This document shows positions 61,678-64,000 of a stretch of DNA of 64,000 bases, one piece after another (position 1 is the first letter of the stretch; each line of letters begins with the position of its first letter). Both the position numbers and the translations under genes were made by a program. Origin of the DNA: Verrucomicrobiaceae bacterium. GTDB taxonomy: Bacteria; Verrucomicrobiota; Verrucomicrobiia; Verrucomicrobiales; Akkermansiaceae. The notes beneath the pieces were generated by a model. The model worked only from the letters and a program-made list of their open reading frames with translations, did no database searches and was not told the origin of the DNA. The stretch spans positions 480,001 to 544,000 of the forward strand of contig JBPOGH010000001.1 in assembly GCA_051252135.1 (NCBI GenBank), read 5' to 3'.

Positions 61678-62370
61678 CTACTCCTTCTTCGGTGAATCAA
61701 TCACAAGAGGCACCGATTTCTTCTCTTCCTCCTTGGAGGCTGGAACCTCCACCTTTGGCTCCTCTTTCGCGACCTCTTCCTTCTTTCCCTCTTCAGTAAC
61801 CGCATCTCCAGTCGTCTCATCGACCAAAATCGCCTTCGCCGGCGGCCCTGTCACCGCGAGACAGAGCAAATTATAATTGTGATTAAGAACAGCCGGAAAA
61901 GTCACCCTTCCCGGCTCGCGAATATTCTCGCGTAAAATTTTCGCTGACAAATCAGCCACCATTTCCGTCCCAATCTTGGCTGCCCGCTCCAATCCCACCG
62001 CACTGGCACCCAACTTCCCGGTTCCCGCCACCAAATCGCTGGTTACCCTTTTCCCCTGCAAGGCAATGGAACTCCGGGCCGATTCCACGACACCATCCGC
62101 ATCGAAGGTCACCTCAAGACTGGCGTGGTCATCACTCGCAAAACGCCCCCGCAAATGGTCAATCCGCACAGAAACATAAACCCCTCCATCCAGAGTTGGG
62201 GTAATCTCCGGCTTCCAGGTCCGATATTGGCTCCCCGACCTGACAAAATCAGCGTATTTCCCCTCCTTGGCATCCCAGCCTCCCAGCGATTTACCAAAGA
62301 GATCGAGATGGACAGTCGGAGCGGCCATCGAAAGACCCGTCGCAAGAATGAAAAGACAATATTTAATCAT
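61678..62370 (-). CDS. Exported hypothetical protein
   Basis: Signal peptide, Glu/Lys-rich tail, codon bias typical of minus-strand genes. Confidence 0.7.
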   Translation of the reverse strand: MIKYCLFILATGLSMAAPTVHLDLFGKSLGGWDAKEGKYADFVRSGSQYRTWKPEITPTLDGGVYVSVRIDHLRGRFASDDHASLEVTFDADGVVESARSSIALQGKRVTSDLVAGTGKLGASAVGLERAAKIGTEMVADLSAKILRENIREPGRVTFPAVLNHNYNLLCLAVTGPPAKAILVDETTGDAVTEEGKKEEVAKEEPKVEVPASKEEEKKSVPLVIDSPKKE

Positions 62371-62411
62371 GCTGGTTTTCTAGCTGATACGAACAATAGC
62401 ACCGGTTTATT

Positions 62412-62451
62412 CAAAGAATAAGACCGGACCGCTGATTAAGCGATCCGGTCC
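62412..62451 (-). terminator. Probable terminator
   Basis: GACCGGA..TCCGGTC stem; TTATTCTTT follows on the minus strand. Confidence 0.55.
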
Positions 62452-62474
62452 TAAAACAATGTTTCGAAAAACAA

Positions 62475-63629
62475 CTACAGGTCCATTTTGGTCCAGGCTG
62501 CGTTATTCTTCGACGACTCCACGCACGCTTTGATAAACGCCATCCCCGATACCCCGTCATCCACCGTGGGATAATCGTAACCACCCTCGGGGGCCGGCTT
62601 CCCGTCGATCTTGTCTGAAATCGCTGCCGCTGCCGCCAGATAAACGTTAGCAAAAGCCTCAATGAAACCCTCGGGATGCGCAAATGGCGTCCGTGAATTC
62701 GCCTGCGCGGCCGCTCCGAGGTAGTCGTTCCCACGACGATACGTCTTCCGCGGCGCATTGGCGTATTTTACGATCAACTCGTTGGGATCTTCCTGGTGCC
62801 ACTCCAGCGATGCCTTCGTACCATAGACGCGAATATTCAGGTTGTTCTCGTCCCCGTTGGAAATCTGGGAAGCATAAATGATTCCTTTCACGCCATTCTC
62901 AAATCGAACCAGACAGTTGCCGTCGTCATCAAGCTCGCGTCCCGGAATAAAGGCCGTGAGTTCCGCTGCAATCTCCTCAACTTCAAGTCCCGTGATGTAT
63001 TTCACCAAATTGTGGGCATGGGTCCCGATGTCGCCGATGCAATTGGATGCTCCCGCAATCTTGGGATCAGCACGCCAGTTCGAAATCTTACCTGAGCCTT
63101 CACCTTCCACATCACCCACCGCGTATCCCTGGGGATACTCGGCCACGATCTTCAGAATCCGTCCCAACTCACCCTCACTCACCATCCGCTTGGCCTCTTT
63201 GACCATCGGATAACCGGTGTAGTTATGGGTCAGCGCGAACACCAAATTTGAGCCCTTAACCAGAGCCTGAAGCTCCTTCGCCTGATCAATATCCAGCGCC
63301 AGTGGCTTGTCGCAAATCACATTGATTCCTGCCTCCAAAAAGGTCTTCGCCACCGCGTAGTGCAAGTGGTTCTGCACCACGATGGAGACAAAATCGATCC
63401 CGTCTTCACGAGCCGCTTCGGCCTTCGCCATTTCCTCATAGCTCCCATAGACGCGGTCCGGATCCAAAAAGAAATCCTCGCCCGAAAGCTTGGATTTCTC
63501 GGGATCAGAGGAAAACGCCCCTGCAATCAGCTCAATCTTTCCATCCAGATTGGCCGCCATGCGATGGACCTGCCCGATGAACGCACCACGGCCCCCACCA
63601 ACCATTCCCATTCTGAGTTTCCGATTCAT
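62475..63629 (-). CDS. Gfo/Idh/MocA oxidoreductase
   Basis: GMVGGG.GAFIG, ICDKP, HNYTGYPMV, DIGTHA, HPEGFIEAFAN. Confidence 0.92.
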   Translation of the reverse strand: MNRKLRMGMVGGGRGAFIGQVHRMAANLDGKIELIAGAFSSDPEKSKLSGEDFFLDPDRVYGSYEEMAKAEAAREDGIDFVSIVVQNHLHYAVAKTFLEAGINVICDKPLALDIDQAKELQALVKGSNLVFALTHNYTGYPMVKEAKRMVSEGELGRILKIVAEYPQGYAVGDVEGEGSGKISNWRADPKIAGASNCIGDIGTHAHNLVKYITGLEVEEIAAELTAFIPGRELDDDGNCLVRFENGVKGIIYASQISNGDENNLNIRVYGTKASLEWHQEDPNELIVKYANAPRKTYRRGNDYLGAAAQANSRTPFAHPEGFIEAFANVYLAAAAAISDKIDGKPAPEGGYDYPTVDDGVSGMAFIKACVESSKNNAAWTKMDL

Positions 63630-63644
63630 AATTCTCGCTGTCGT

Positions 63645-64000
63645 TTAGAGGTTGATCGCCTTGCCGGTCTCAGCCGACTTGTACATCGCATCAATGACCT
63701 GCATCAGAGCCAAAGCCTGCTCAGGTGTGTTAAGTGGCTCAGCCTTGCCGTCAATCGCTTCCACAAAGTTCGCTGCCGAATTGATCCGACCCATGTCTTC
63801 ACATTCTTCCACCTCGATCGTCCGGTTCACCGACTCGCCGTTCTCCTGAGTGTAGACCTCAAGCGTATCGATTGCCGTTTCATCCAAACCATCGGTTCCA
63901 AACAAACGCTCAATCTTTCCACCGGCCTTCGTGCCCTGAAACACAACGGAAACTTCTTCCCGTTTCACCATTTCCGCCCAGGAAACCTGAAGCGATAGTG
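63645..64000 (-). CDS. C-terminal part of a Gfo/Idh/MocA-like oxidoreductase (starts outside the window)
   Basis: SWAE..., GTKAG, FVEAI.G, IDAMYKSAETGK. Confidence 0.75.
   Translation of the reverse strand, partial: LSLQVSWAEMVKREEVSVVFQGTKAGGKIERLFGTDGLDETAIDTLEVYTQENGESVNRTIEVEECEDMGRINSAANFVEAIDGKAEPLNTPEQALALMQVIDAMYKSAETGKAINL

Overview
Gene-dense bacterial chromosomal window of mostly housekeeping and hypothetical genes. Gene content, weak Shine-Dalgarno signals and secreted-protein style suggest Verrucomicrobia (inference). Recognisable genes: split metH, sodN, hipBA, rpmG-rpsR, rho, chrA, DEAD-box helicase, ruvC, Na/Pi symporter, uxaC, lpxB, two bactofilins, nadA, skp, an aspartate-type aminotransferase, prmA, tRNA-Ile2(CAT), purU, dtd, valS, iscU, folD, iscA and an ECF sigma/anti-sigma pair. 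I found no CRISPR array, prophage, integrase or transposase. Most notable: (1) a bactofilin pair whose second member carries two Zn ribbons and appears to need a CTG start; (2) a Rho with an Asn/Arg/Gly-rich disordered N-terminus and expanded Q-loop; (3) the unexplained DUF2868/DUF3482-GTPase membrane pair; (4) several apparent pseudoenzymes (FGGY kinase, PBP transpeptidase, M28-like, VWA-less anti-sigma); (5) 11-bp-phased Pho-box-like repeats and HipB-like operators; (6) many promoters placed as if transcripts are leaderless; (7) strong C>G strand skew. All family assignments are by motif recognition; no searches were run.
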